In this document: piece by piece, positions 36,074 to 45,150 of the stretch
Layout: the number at the start of each line of letters is the position of its first letter
Numbering within the stretch: position 1 is the stretch's first letter
DNA from: Thermoplasmata archaeon
Lineage (GTDB): Archaea; Thermoplasmatota; Thermoplasmata; GCA-020350865
Direction: 5' to 3'
Length of the DNA: 53,031 nt
Assembly: GCA_020348445.1 (NCBI GenBank)
Contig: CP070751.1
Coordinates: forward strand, 4,462,970-4,516,000
Program-made: the position numbers and the translations under genes
The notes under the pieces: generated by a model
Seen by the model: only the letters and a program-made list of their open reading frames with translations
Told to the model about the DNA's origin: nothing
The model's database searches: none

Positions 36074-39000
36074 ATGCGTAAAAAGGGTTCATTCGTGCGA
36101 GTAAAATCTTCAATTGATGATTATAAAGAATTATGTAGGAGCATTTTTACTTATATTATTGTAGGTTTATTTATTTGTATGGAATTGTTTATCGGAGCGA
36201 TATATGCCGATGATCCGTTTGAGCCGAATGTAAGAGTTAATGAGCTTGTTATTGTTCCTTCTACTGAAACTCAGAGCAACCCTTCTGTAGGAGTAGATAA
36301 CGCCGGTAACATTTATGTCGCTTGGGGGGATTTTCGGGAAAGCAATTATGATATCTATTTTTCGAAATCTACCGACGGTGGAAACACTTTCTCAGTCAAT
36401 AAAAGGATCAATGATGATAATGGAGAAAGGTGGCAATATAACCCTTCCATAGCAGTCGGTTCCATGGGTAATATCTATATCATTTGGGTGGATGAACGAA
36501 GCGGCAAACCTGAGGTCTATTTTGCGAAATCTACTGACGGTGGAAATACTTTCTCAGTTAATAAGAGGGTCAATGACGGTGCTGGAAATGTAGGGCAAGA
36601 TTCCCTATCTATATCGGTAGATGGTATAGACAATATCTATATAGTATGGATGGATACTCGAAACTTCGATACCAGCCTCTATTTTTCGAAATCCACTGAT
36701 GGTGGGAACACTTTCTCAGCCAATAAGAAAGTCAATGATATTACCGGAAATTCCTGGCGGGAACATCCGTCCATTGCAATCGATAGTACAAGCAATATCT
36801 ATGTTACTTGGATGGATGAACGAAGTGGCAATGCCGACATCTATTTTGCTAAATCCACTGATGGTGGGACCACTTTCTCAAACAATAAGAAGATTAACGA
36901 CGATGCTGGAAATGCAGAGCAATTTACCCCTTCAATAGGAGTAGGAGAGTCTGATAACATTTTTATCGCCTGGGGGGATTTTCGAGATAGTAATTCTGAT
37001 ATCTATTTTACGAGCTCTAACGACGGTGGGAACTCGTTCTCACCAAATAAAAAGGTCAATGATGATGTTAGTAATACAAAGCAATATGAACCTTCTATAG
37101 CAATCGATAACGGGGGCAACATCTATCTTGCTTGGACAGATCAACGAAATGGTAATTACAATATCTATTTTGCGAACTCTACTGATGGTGGGAACTCGTT
37201 CTCACCAAATAAAATGGTCAATGACGATGGTGGTCCTAGCCAATTTCAACCTTCTATAGCAATCGATAACGAGGGCAACATCTATCTTGCTTGGACAGAT
37301 CAACGAAATGGTAATTACGATATATATTTTGCGAGTTCTACCGATGGTGGAAATTCTTTCTCACCAAATAAAATGGTCAATGATGATGTTAGTATTCCTA
37401 GGCAGTATGAACCCTCTATGGCAATCGGTAACAACGGTAACATCTATCTCGCCTGGGCAGATGAACGAAATGGAGACTCCGATATATATTTTGCGAGCTC
37501 TACCGATGGTGGAAACTCGTTTTCACCAAATAAAAAGGTCAGTGACGATACCGTAAATATGATACAACTACACCCATCCATAGCAATCGATGGCGCTGAC
37601 AATATCTATATCGCTTGGTGGGATTATCGACACGGTTTCTTCGGTGATATCTATTTTGCGAAATCCACGGATGGTGGGAACTCTTTCTCAGCAAATAAGA
37701 AAGTCAATGATGATGTTATGAATGCTGCACAGGATAAGCCCTCAATAGCGGTAGATGGTCTTGGCAATATCTATATCGCTTGGGGGGATAATCGTAGTGG
37801 CAATTATGATATATATTTAGCGACCTCTACTGATGGTGGCAACTCTTTCTCAGTAAACAAGAAAGTAAATGATGATGTAATAGGTGCGAAACAAAAATAC
37901 CCATCCATAGTAGCCGATAGCGCGGGCAATATCTATATCACTTGGATGGATGATCGAAGCGGCAATTATGACATCTATTTTGCGAGATCCACTGACGGTG
38001 GAAACACTTTCTCAACAAATAAAAAGGTCAATGACGATTCTGGAGATAACAGACAAACTGATCCCTGCGTAACAGTCGATACCTTGGACAATATATATAT
38101 CGCTTGGAGGGATGGTCGAAACGGCAATTATGACATATATTTTACGAGAACTACCGACGGTGGAAACACTTTCTCAATAAATAAAAAGGTAAACGACGAT
38201 GCTGGAAATAATGACCAACGAGATCCATGTATAGCAGTCGATAGAGTGGGTAATATATATATCGCTTTTAGAGATGATCGGAATGGTGATTATGACATCT
38301 ATTTTGCGAAATCTACTGACGGTGGAAACACTTTCTCCCCTAATAAAAGAGTCAATGACGATATTGGGAGTAATATACAACTTTCTCCATCTATAGGGGT
38401 AGATGACGGAGGCTATATCTATATAGCATGGGAGGATAGGCGAAACGGTAGTGGTGATATTTACCTCACATCAACCGGACCGATACTTGCCCTTTTAATT
38501 ACAGAAATTCAAGACAGTCCGGATGGTAACGAATGGATTGAAGTTTACAATCCTGCTTTGGCAGCTATAAATCTGCAAGATTACAAGATAAGCCTTGATT
38601 ATGGAACAACATTCATTGATGGTTCATGGAGTAACCCTCTGATTAATTTTGGGGAATATAGTATTTGGACGCCAACTGTAGTAGGTTTATTGAATGACGA
38701 AGGTGCCTTGATTTCCATCCACAATTTTACTCACCCAAAAAAATCTATGTTTGATGTTGTTGGATATGGGCAAAATGGCATAGCACCTGATCCTGTAGCT
38801 GGAGAATCGTGTGCTAGATACTGGGACACTATTAACTTAAAATACAAGGATTCTTGGTCAAGAAACGAATCAACAGGTCCATCGCCAGGTGCAGTCAACA
38901 ACAATCCAGAAGTGAATCCAACACCTTTAATAATGTTGAACGAAGTAAGTTTTTATCCTTTTATACCACAGTATGGTTTTATAGAACTGATTTATATCGG

Positions 39001-42000
39001 CGATAACAGTATAGACATAAGCAATTACAAGATTGTGTGCGATAGCGAGTACATAATCCCAGGAGGAACAATATTAAGTAAAAGTGATCCTTTCTTCGGA
39101 GTTAACCAGCTAAATTATCCATCTGGTTTCGATTTAGATGACGGAGTAGTGAACGGTGATAATGTCTATTTATATGACGATACAGGCGCATTGCTTGATA
39201 TGGTGGGTTGGAATTCTTCACATCTTCAGGGTATGAGTGTTCGCAGGATTCCAGATGGGTATGGCACTTATCAAGGTTATAACGACACAACATCAGAAGC
39301 TGCAGGCTGGGTATTTAATATCCCGCTTAAGGTTCAAGTGAGCGAGATATCTGATAATGATTCTATGGTAGCACAAATCGAGGTCTATAATCCAAGGTAT
39401 CCTTTCATCAACTTCAATGTTGGTTTCAGTTTTGAATCTGCTTCCTCTGGAACATTAGCAGGTGTATGGTCAATCTCTACTGCAAATGAAGATGGATACG
39501 CTCTTTTCAATGTGACTACTCCCAATGGTTTAAACACTGAAGGAGATAACATCCGCTTTTACCTGTATGATGTGCTTATCGAGGAAATCTCTTATGGTCA
39601 GAAAGGTGTGGTTCCTGATCCTCTAACTGGAGAATCCACAGCCCGCTATTGGAACACCACTCTCTTAGAATATACTAGCTATTGGAATAGAGAAAAAACT
39701 CCAACCTTCGGAGCACAAAACGATGTTCTACCTCCAAACTTAAATCCATCAGTTGTATTAAACGAGATAATGTTCAATCCAAGTTCACCCGAAGACGGGT
39801 TTGTGGAAATCTATCTAAAATTTGGCTGGGTTGATATCACTGGTTATAAGATCGTTGGTGACTCTGAATACATCTTTCCCCAGGTGACGGAATTACCCTC
39901 GGATGATCACTTATATTATATTACACAACCCATGGATCCAGGTTTCTTCGCCGCCTTGAATCCATCAGGTGACAACGTGTATCTATACGACGATTATGGG
40001 TCACTCCTTGACATGGCCGGGTGGAGTTCATCCCATCAGCAGGGAAAGACGATGTGTCGCATTCCCGAGGGAAATGGCACATTTGACGGATTCAATGATA
40101 CATCATCCATTGCGGCGGGTTGGATCTTTGGCTGCAGTCCTACGATAAGGTTGATTGATATAACTGCCAATGAGATCGTTAAAATTGGTAATTTAAGCGA
40201 TGTGTTGTATTTCAACCTTACAATAACTAATATGCATTTTCTCAATGATACTTTCCCCATATTCAACTTCACTATCAATGGATATTCTGTTGCAATCCTC
40301 GATAACACATTAACGTATATTATTGATGAGATTTTTTTACTCGCCAGATCTTCCGTTGACATTAAGGTCAAGGTCAAACCTATCCTTCAGACGCCCGTTG
40401 TCGGATGGGATAACATCACCATAACGATTCAATCCGAGAATAACTCCCTTTATTGGAGTATTATAATTCTTCAGGTATTTGTTATATGCCCCCCTGTTGC
40501 TGATGCGGGCCAAGATCAAATCGTTTATGAAAGTGCAATAGTGTATTTCGATGGAACAGAGAGCTACGATCCAGACTACCATTGGCACAAGTTGGATGTC
40601 AACTTTGCCACCGATAGTGCTTTGTATCTGCGTACAATCGACCCCATCGGCCCAGAGGATGGTGCATGGGAAGGTGGAGTTCAGGAATGGGTGAATTTCA
40701 CTTCACCATTCCCCTTCTGGATCGGTAAGAAGTCTGGCCATTTGGGCCAGGGACCAACAGGTCATGAATACACCTACTACTGGAAGATGCACGAGACAGG
40801 GAATTTTACACTATACTTTAGTGGGCGTAACGGCGATTTCTATGCCAATGTGTCTGATGAGACTGACGGTATCCCTGTCATATCAGGGCTCTTTGTCCAA
40901 AACTCCGATCCTTTTATTGAGATCGTACGACAACTTTACGATGGGCACATCTATCGTTTGGACATCTATGATACAGTCAGCAAATCCGTTAGCTTTCCCA
41001 AGGATCTGGACGTTATCTTCAAAATTAAAGAGACTGAAATACTACTAACCCCAAATCGGGACAGCCTGGTCTACTATATCTCTCAAAATCCATTGGACAT
41101 GGCAGTTGAAGGACCTGGGGTGAGGGATATCCAATTCTATTCCCGAAGCATACAGGAGTTCTACGCATACTACGCCTTAAAACTGGATCACTCTGAAGTG
41201 GAGTTTAGTGGAGGAGAGCTGGGATCAACAGATCCTCCATATAATACAGGAATAGCACCTAGCGAGTATAAAGCTACGACCCTGAACATCTCGGATGAAC
41301 TGATTTATCTCTGGGATTTCGATGCAGATTTCGATTCTGATGGCGATGGAAACTTGACAAATGACATTGATGCCACCGGGTTAACACCAATTCATATTTA
41401 CGGTGATAACTGGTTATATACAGTTACATTGACAGTAATAGATGTTCAAGGCCTATCAGATATCGATATATGCTATATTACAGTGAACAACGCTGCACCT
41501 ACAATTGAGCCCTTCGGGCCTTTCACAGTTTACAGAGGGGATCCTCTAACAATCGACGCAAATGCCACTGACCTTGGTAGCGATGATCTGACGTTCACAT
41601 GGGAATTTGAGTCCGGGCCAACAATTATGAACTTATACTACAACGACGGTGTCGGCCTTGACCCATATCCAAGTCCTTGGGGAATCTTTCCATTCTCCAG
41701 AACCGATACAGTGCAACACACATATGACGCAATAGGTATTTACACGATAAACCTCACGGTAGAGGATGATGATGGGGGAATATCATATTATACGACCACC
41801 ATCGTGGTGATTAACATCCCGATACTTCCCCCCATCCTATTTATAAACGTTAGCCAGGATGGGAAGGACGTGATTCTTTACTGGGACCCGCCCTCTATCC
41901 CGGACCTTGATCATTATTTGATATACCGTTCGACGTCACAAATCTCCTTCGATTTCAATAAAGTATGGGTGGATACTTCAATAGATAACGAAACTGGCGA

Positions 42001-43012
42001 GCCAGGCCCCATACCTCTTAGGACTATGTGGAACGATACATACGCCGCATTCTTGGGAGATGAGACAAACTACGAGGAGGAATATTATTACATAATAAGA
42101 GCCGTGAATTCCTTTGGTGAAGTGAGCGCAACCAGCAGAACGGTTGGGAAATGGACAAAATCGTTCCCAAAGGGAGTGTCGACCTTTTCCCTACCTTTGG
42201 AACCAATCGAACCTTTTTACACTGACTATTACACCTCGACTATGAATACCCAATACATCAAGTACATGGACTCTAATACACACCGCTGGCGACAACATAA
42301 TTTTGGAGATCAGAACACAAACAATACTGAAATGAAATTGGGTGAAGGTTATGAGGTAAAATTCGATAGCCAGACTATCTACACCTTCACAGGTTTGCCT
42401 GCTGCCATGATAAGTTACAATGACGATAATGGATTTACTGGATTTAATTACATTTCGGAGGCAAAAAGCCTTATGGTTGAAGTTTTACCAAATGGAGATG
42501 TAAATCTGACATGGCAGGAACCAGCAAGTATGGGAATTGGCGATTGGTATGAAATATATTATTCAAACACGACAGATGGTTTTTTCGGAACTTTTAATAA
42601 GGATTATTTTCTCCTTTGTGCCCCTATTTATTTTAGAAATTTTAGCGCAACTCACATAAATGCTCGGGCCAACGATCCTGGTGCACGGTCATACTATTTG
42701 GTTGTTCCGTTCAGTGCCAGTGGTATTAGAGGTGCGAGCACCTACAGCATTGGAATTTGGACAGAGGAATATACCTCAGGATATGACACGCTTGCCATAC
42801 CACTGAAACTTAAAGATAACTATACTGCAGATTGGTACTGTGATAATATACCCAACACCGAGGGAATCAATTATTTCGATATTAGCAAACAGCGGTGGTA
42901 CTGGCACTCAACCATAATGCCTGTTGGAGCATTTGATACAAATTTGGTTATGACCCAAGGGTACCAAATTTCAACTTCGGACACCACAAAATTCACATTT
43001 ATTGGGGTATAA
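36074..43012 (+). CDS. Secreted gene F: 14-blade Asp-box (BNR) propeller region, (LTD-a/LTD-b) x2, split PKD, second PKD-like domain and type II C-terminal domain
   Basis: 13 x STDGGN(T/S)FS; lamin-tail-like ITEI/LNEV...EVYNP; PVADAGQDQ...YDPD / YLWDFD...YTVTLTV; ends GYQISTSDTTKFTFIGV. Start ATG 36074 after GAGGAGGGG. Confidence 0.85.
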   Translation: MRKKGSFVRVKSSIDDYKELCRSIFTYIIVGLFICMELFIGAIYADDPFEPNVRVNELVIVPSTETQSNPSVGVDNAGNIYVAWGDFRESNYDIYFSKSTDGGNTFSVNKRINDDNGERWQYNPSIAVGSMGNIYIIWVDERSGKPEVYFAKSTDGGNTFSVNKRVNDGAGNVGQDSLSISVDGIDNIYIVWMDTRNFDTSLYFSKSTDGGNTFSANKKVNDITGNSWREHPSIAIDSTSNIYVTWMDERSGNADIYFAKSTDGGTTFSNNKKINDDAGNAEQFTPSIGVGESDNIFIAWGDFRDSNSDIYFTSSNDGGNSFSPNKKVNDDVSNTKQYEPSIAIDNGGNIYLAWTDQRNGNYNIYFANSTDGGNSFSPNKMVNDDGGPSQFQPSIAIDNEGNIYLAWTDQRNGNYDIYFASSTDGGNSFSPNKMVNDDVSIPRQYEPSMAIGNNGNIYLAWADERNGDSDIYFASSTDGGNSFSPNKKVSDDTVNMIQLHPSIAIDGADNIYIAWWDYRHGFFGDIYFAKSTDGGNSFSANKKVNDDVMNAAQDKPSIAVDGLGNIYIAWGDNRSGNYDIYLATSTDGGNSFSVNKKVNDDVIGAKQKYPSIVADSAGNIYITWMDDRSGNYDIYFARSTDGGNTFSTNKKVNDDSGDNRQTDPCVTVDTLDNIYIAWRDGRNGNYDIYFTRTTDGGNTFSINKKVNDDAGNNDQRDPCIAVDRVGNIYIAFRDDRNGDYDIYFAKSTDGGNTFSPNKRVNDDIGSNIQLSPSIGVDDGGYIYIAWEDRRNGSGDIYLTSTGPILALLITEIQDSPDGNEWIEVYNPALAAINLQDYKISLDYGTTFIDGSWSNPLINFGEYSIWTPTVVGLLNDEGALISIHNFTHPKKSMFDVVGYGQNGIAPDPVAGESCARYWDTINLKYKDSWSRNESTGPSPGAVNNNPEVNPTPLIMLNEVSFYPFIPQYGFIELIYIGDNSIDISNYKIVCDSEYIIPGGTILSKSDPFFGVNQLNYPSGFDLDDGVVNGDNVYLYDDTGALLDMVGWNSSHLQGMSVRRIPDGYGTYQGYNDTTSEAAGWVFNIPLKVQVSEISDNDSMVAQIEVYNPRYPFINFNVGFSFESASSGTLAGVWSISTANEDGYALFNVTTPNGLNTEGDNIRFYLYDVLIEEISYGQKGVVPDPLTGESTARYWNTTLLEYTSYWNREKTPTFGAQNDVLPPNLNPSVVLNEIMFNPSSPEDGFVEIYLKFGWVDITGYKIVGDSEYIFPQVTELPSDDHLYYITQPMDPGFFAALNPSGDNVYLYDDYGSLLDMAGWSSSHQQGKTMCRIPEGNGTFDGFNDTSSIAAGWIFGCSPTIRLIDITANEIVKIGNLSDVLYFNLTITNMHFLNDTFPIFNFTINGYSVAILDNTLTYIIDEIFLLARSSVDIKVKVKPILQTPVVGWDNITITIQSENNSLYWSIIILQVFVICPPVADAGQDQIVYESAIVYFDGTESYDPDYHWHKLDVNFATDSALYLRTIDPIGPEDGAWEGGVQEWVNFTSPFPFWIGKKSGHLGQGPTGHEYTYYWKMHETGNFTLYFSGRNGDFYANVSDETDGIPVISGLFVQNSDPFIEIVRQLYDGHIYRLDIYDTVSKSVSFPKDLDVIFKIKETEILLTPNRDSLVYYISQNPLDMAVEGPGVRDIQFYSRSIQEFYAYYALKLDHSEVEFSGGELGSTDPPYNTGIAPSEYKATTLNISDELIYLWDFDADFDSDGDGNLTNDIDATGLTPIHIYGDNWLYTVTLTVIDVQGLSDIDICYITVNNAAPTIEPFGPFTVYRGDPLTIDANATDLGSDDLTFTWEFESGPTIMNLYYNDGVGLDPYPSPWGIFPFSRTDTVQHTYDAIGIYTINLTVEDDDGGISYYTTTIVVINIPILPPILFINVSQDGKDVILYWDPPSIPDLDHYLIYRSTSQISFDFNKVWVDTSIDNETGEPGPIPLRTMWNDTYAAFLGDETNYEEEYYYIIRAVNSFGEVSATSRTVGKWTKSFPKGVSTFSLPLEPIEPFYTDYYTSTMNTQYIKYMDSNTHRWRQHNFGDQNTNNTEMKLGEGYEVKFDSQTIYTFTGLPAAMISYNDDNGFTGFNYISEAKSLMVEVLPNGDVNLTWQEPASMGIGDWYEIYYSNTTDGFFGTFNKDYFLLCAPIYFRNFSATHINARANDPGARSYYLVVPFSASGIRGASTYSIGIWTEEYTSGYDTLAIPLKLKDNYTADWYCDNIPNTEGINYFDISKQRWYWHSTIMPVGAFDTNLVMTQGYQISTSDTTKFTFIGV
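36280..38470 (+). repeat. Intragenic tandem repeats of ~162 bp (54 aa): 13 Asp-boxes, 14 blades
   Basis: GA(C/T)GGTGG cores near 36371, 36534, 36696, 36856, 37019, 37180, 37340, 37501, 37666, 37828, 37991, 38152 and 38314. Confidence 0.88.
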
Positions 43013-43064
43013 ATTAGTATAAAGTCATAAAAGATCAGGGTGTCTGGGAGAACCCCCGATAAAC

Positions 43065-43634
43065 TCACCCCACAACTACCAAAACATCATCGGCATCAAC
43101 TGAATCCCCTTCTTTAACCCTTACCTCGGAGATCTTTCCGTCTCTATTGGATGTTATCTCGTTTTCCATCTTCATTGCCTCTAAAATCACAACCACATCC
43201 CCAGGCTTGACATCATCGCCCAGGTTCACCTTGACTGCCACGACCTTGCCGGGCATAGGGGCCAGGATTCCGTCGGCAGCAGCGGCTGTTTTCGGAGGCA
43301 GTTCCCTTTCTTCAACCAAAGTTGTAACGTCTGTACCAGCGGTTTCCGGTTTTATGGATGATACCATTCCCCTTGAACTGAGAAGATTTTCACTTACTAT
43401 TTCCCGTTCCCTGAGGTTGACTTTCGTGTGGATTTTCCCCCCTGCAGGCTCGCCCTCTAGTTCAATCGAATATAGCCCGCCGTCAACTGCCAAAAGCAGA
43501 AAATTGTCTGATTCGTCCTCTAATGTGGCCTCATATTTTTTACCATTTACTGCGACGTGGAACTTTCTGCTCTCAAGCTTTGTTATTTGGATATCATATT
43601 CCTTATCTATTATGTTCAGCTTAAATGCTCTCAT
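43065..43634 (-). CDS. Biotin carboxyl carrier protein (1.3S/MmdC-like) with an N-terminal beta-rich domain
   Basis: APMPGKVV...LEAMKMENEI biotinylation motif. ATGA overlap with the upstream gene. Confidence 0.92.
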   Translation of the reverse strand: MRAFKLNIIDKEYDIQITKLESRKFHVAVNGKKYEATLEDESDNFLLLAVDGGLYSIELEGEPAGGKIHTKVNLREREIVSENLLSSRGMVSSIKPETAGTDVTTLVEERELPPKTAAAADGILAPMPGKVVAVKVNLGDDVKPGDVVVILEAMKMENEITSNRDGKISEVRVKEGDSVDADDVLVVVG

Positions 43635-45130
43635 GGATTTCTGCCTCTTGCATTCATCAATTCTATTCTGCCTGCCATGCCCCAAGGGCTAATCTCGTTT
43701 CTGCGTTCCATCACACGCGGTTGGGTCACAGTCTCGATTCTCAGGAATTTCGAGGCCAAAGCAACTGAAATCGCTGCCACCTCTGCATCATCTATTACCT
43801 TACCCTCCCTTTCCAAAAAGTATCTTTTAGCAACCTGGGGAAACAAGGCATATGATAGAACATCCTCGATGTTTTCGGTTCCAAGCTCTTTTTTCAATTT
43901 CTCAAGTTCAGGCTCCAGCAGGTCCGCAGGACGCGAGGTAATTGGGACCTCATCCCCAATTGCCATTATCTTTACCTGTTCGGCAATGGGCGCTGCGCTT
44001 TTTCCGTACAAACCCCTCACCAGGTTCTTTGTCTCCTTTGGAATCATTTTGTAGCGGCCAGAAAGAAGAACATTCAGAGTTGCCTGGGTCCCCACTATCT
44101 GACTCGAGGGAGTGACCAGAGGTGGATAGCCGAGTTCTGCCCTGACCTTTGGAACCTCCTTTAGAACCTCGGGGAGTCTGTCCTCTGCATTCTGGTCCCT
44201 AAGCTGCTTTACCAAATTGGACATCATTCCCCCTGGGATTTGAAACTGAAGTACGTCTGTATCCACGCCAGTTGCAGAGCTCTCGTAGATCCTGTATTTT
44301 TTTCTTACCTTTGTAAAGTGATCTGCAATTTCCCCGAGGACAGTCAAATCCAAATCTGTATCATAAGGTGTACCTTTCAGCATGGCCACAAAGGTCTCTG
44401 TGGGGGGCTGTGATGTGCCCCTTGAAAGACTGGATATGGCACAGTCGATGATGTCTGCTCCTGCCTCTATTCCCTTGAGATAGGCTGCAGTTGCCATCCC
44501 ACTAGTATCATGGCAGTGAAGATGAATTGGTAATGATATATTTTCCTTTAATTTGGTGACGAGCTCGAATGCAGAAGAGGGTGAAAGCAGCCCAGCCATG
44601 TCCTTTATGCACAGGGTGTCTGATCCCATTGCCTCCAGTTCCTTGGCCATGTTCACGAAGACATCTGTTGTGTGAACTGGGCTTATAGTGTAGCAAACAC
44701 AGCATTCAGCCAGGGCTCCAACCTTCTTGGTGGTATCCAAAGCTGTTTTCATGTTCCTTGGATCATTTAAGGCGTCAAATATCCGAAACACATCTATTCC
44801 ATTCTTATGGGCCTGCTCAACGAACTTCTTTACCACATCATCTGGGTAATGCCTGTATCCAACTATGTTCTGCCCCCGAAGAAGCATCTGGAGCCTTGTA
44901 TTGGGCATGGCCTTTTTAAGGAGCCTGATTCTTTCCCAGGGGTCCTGCTTTAAAAATCTCAAGCATGAATCAAACGTGGCACCCCCCCACATCTCAACTG
45001 ACCAGTAACCGACTTGGTTCACTTTTTCAGCTATTGCTAGCATGTCCTCTGTACGCATCCTTGTTGCCAAAAGGGATTGATGTGCATCCCGAAATGCAGT
45101 GTCAGTGATTTTAATTTGTCTCTTATCCAA
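43631..45130 (-). CDS. Pyruvate/oxaloacetate carboxyltransferase (5S / OadA / PycB-type TIM barrel) with no biotinyl domain and an epsilon-like C-terminal tail
   Basis: FRDAHQSLLATRM, EMWGGATFD, QMLLRGQN, IKDMAG, HCHDTSG, QIPGGM, PPLVTPSSQIVG. TTG start after GGGGGAG. Confidence 0.92.
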   Translation of the reverse strand: MDKRQIKITDTAFRDAHQSLLATRMRTEDMLAIAEKVNQVGYWSVEMWGGATFDSCLRFLKQDPWERIRLLKKAMPNTRLQMLLRGQNIVGYRHYPDDVVKKFVEQAHKNGIDVFRIFDALNDPRNMKTALDTTKKVGALAECCVCYTISPVHTTDVFVNMAKELEAMGSDTLCIKDMAGLLSPSSAFELVTKLKENISLPIHLHCHDTSGMATAAYLKGIEAGADIIDCAISSLSRGTSQPPTETFVAMLKGTPYDTDLDLTVLGEIADHFTKVRKKYRIYESSATGVDTDVLQFQIPGGMMSNLVKQLRDQNAEDRLPEVLKEVPKVRAELGYPPLVTPSSQIVGTQATLNVLLSGRYKMIPKETKNLVRGLYGKSAAPIAEQVKIMAIGDEVPITSRPADLLEPELEKLKKELGTENIEDVLSYALFPQVAKRYFLEREGKVIDDAEVAAISVALASKFLRIETVTQPRVMERRNEISPWGMAGRIELMNARGRNP

Positions 45131-45150
45131 TTTCTCTCCCCCGAAAGGAT

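Noticed and set aside
40577-41299. The PKD insert as an intein or mobile element
   Set aside because: No N-terminal C/S block A, no C-terminal HN followed by C/S/T, no LAGLIDADG motif and no flanking repeats.
43631-45130. Naming the gene oadA or pycB
   Set aside because: It has no C-terminal biotinyl domain, and no oadB/oadG or pycA is adjacent. The operon context fits a 5S-type role better, so no symbol was assigned.
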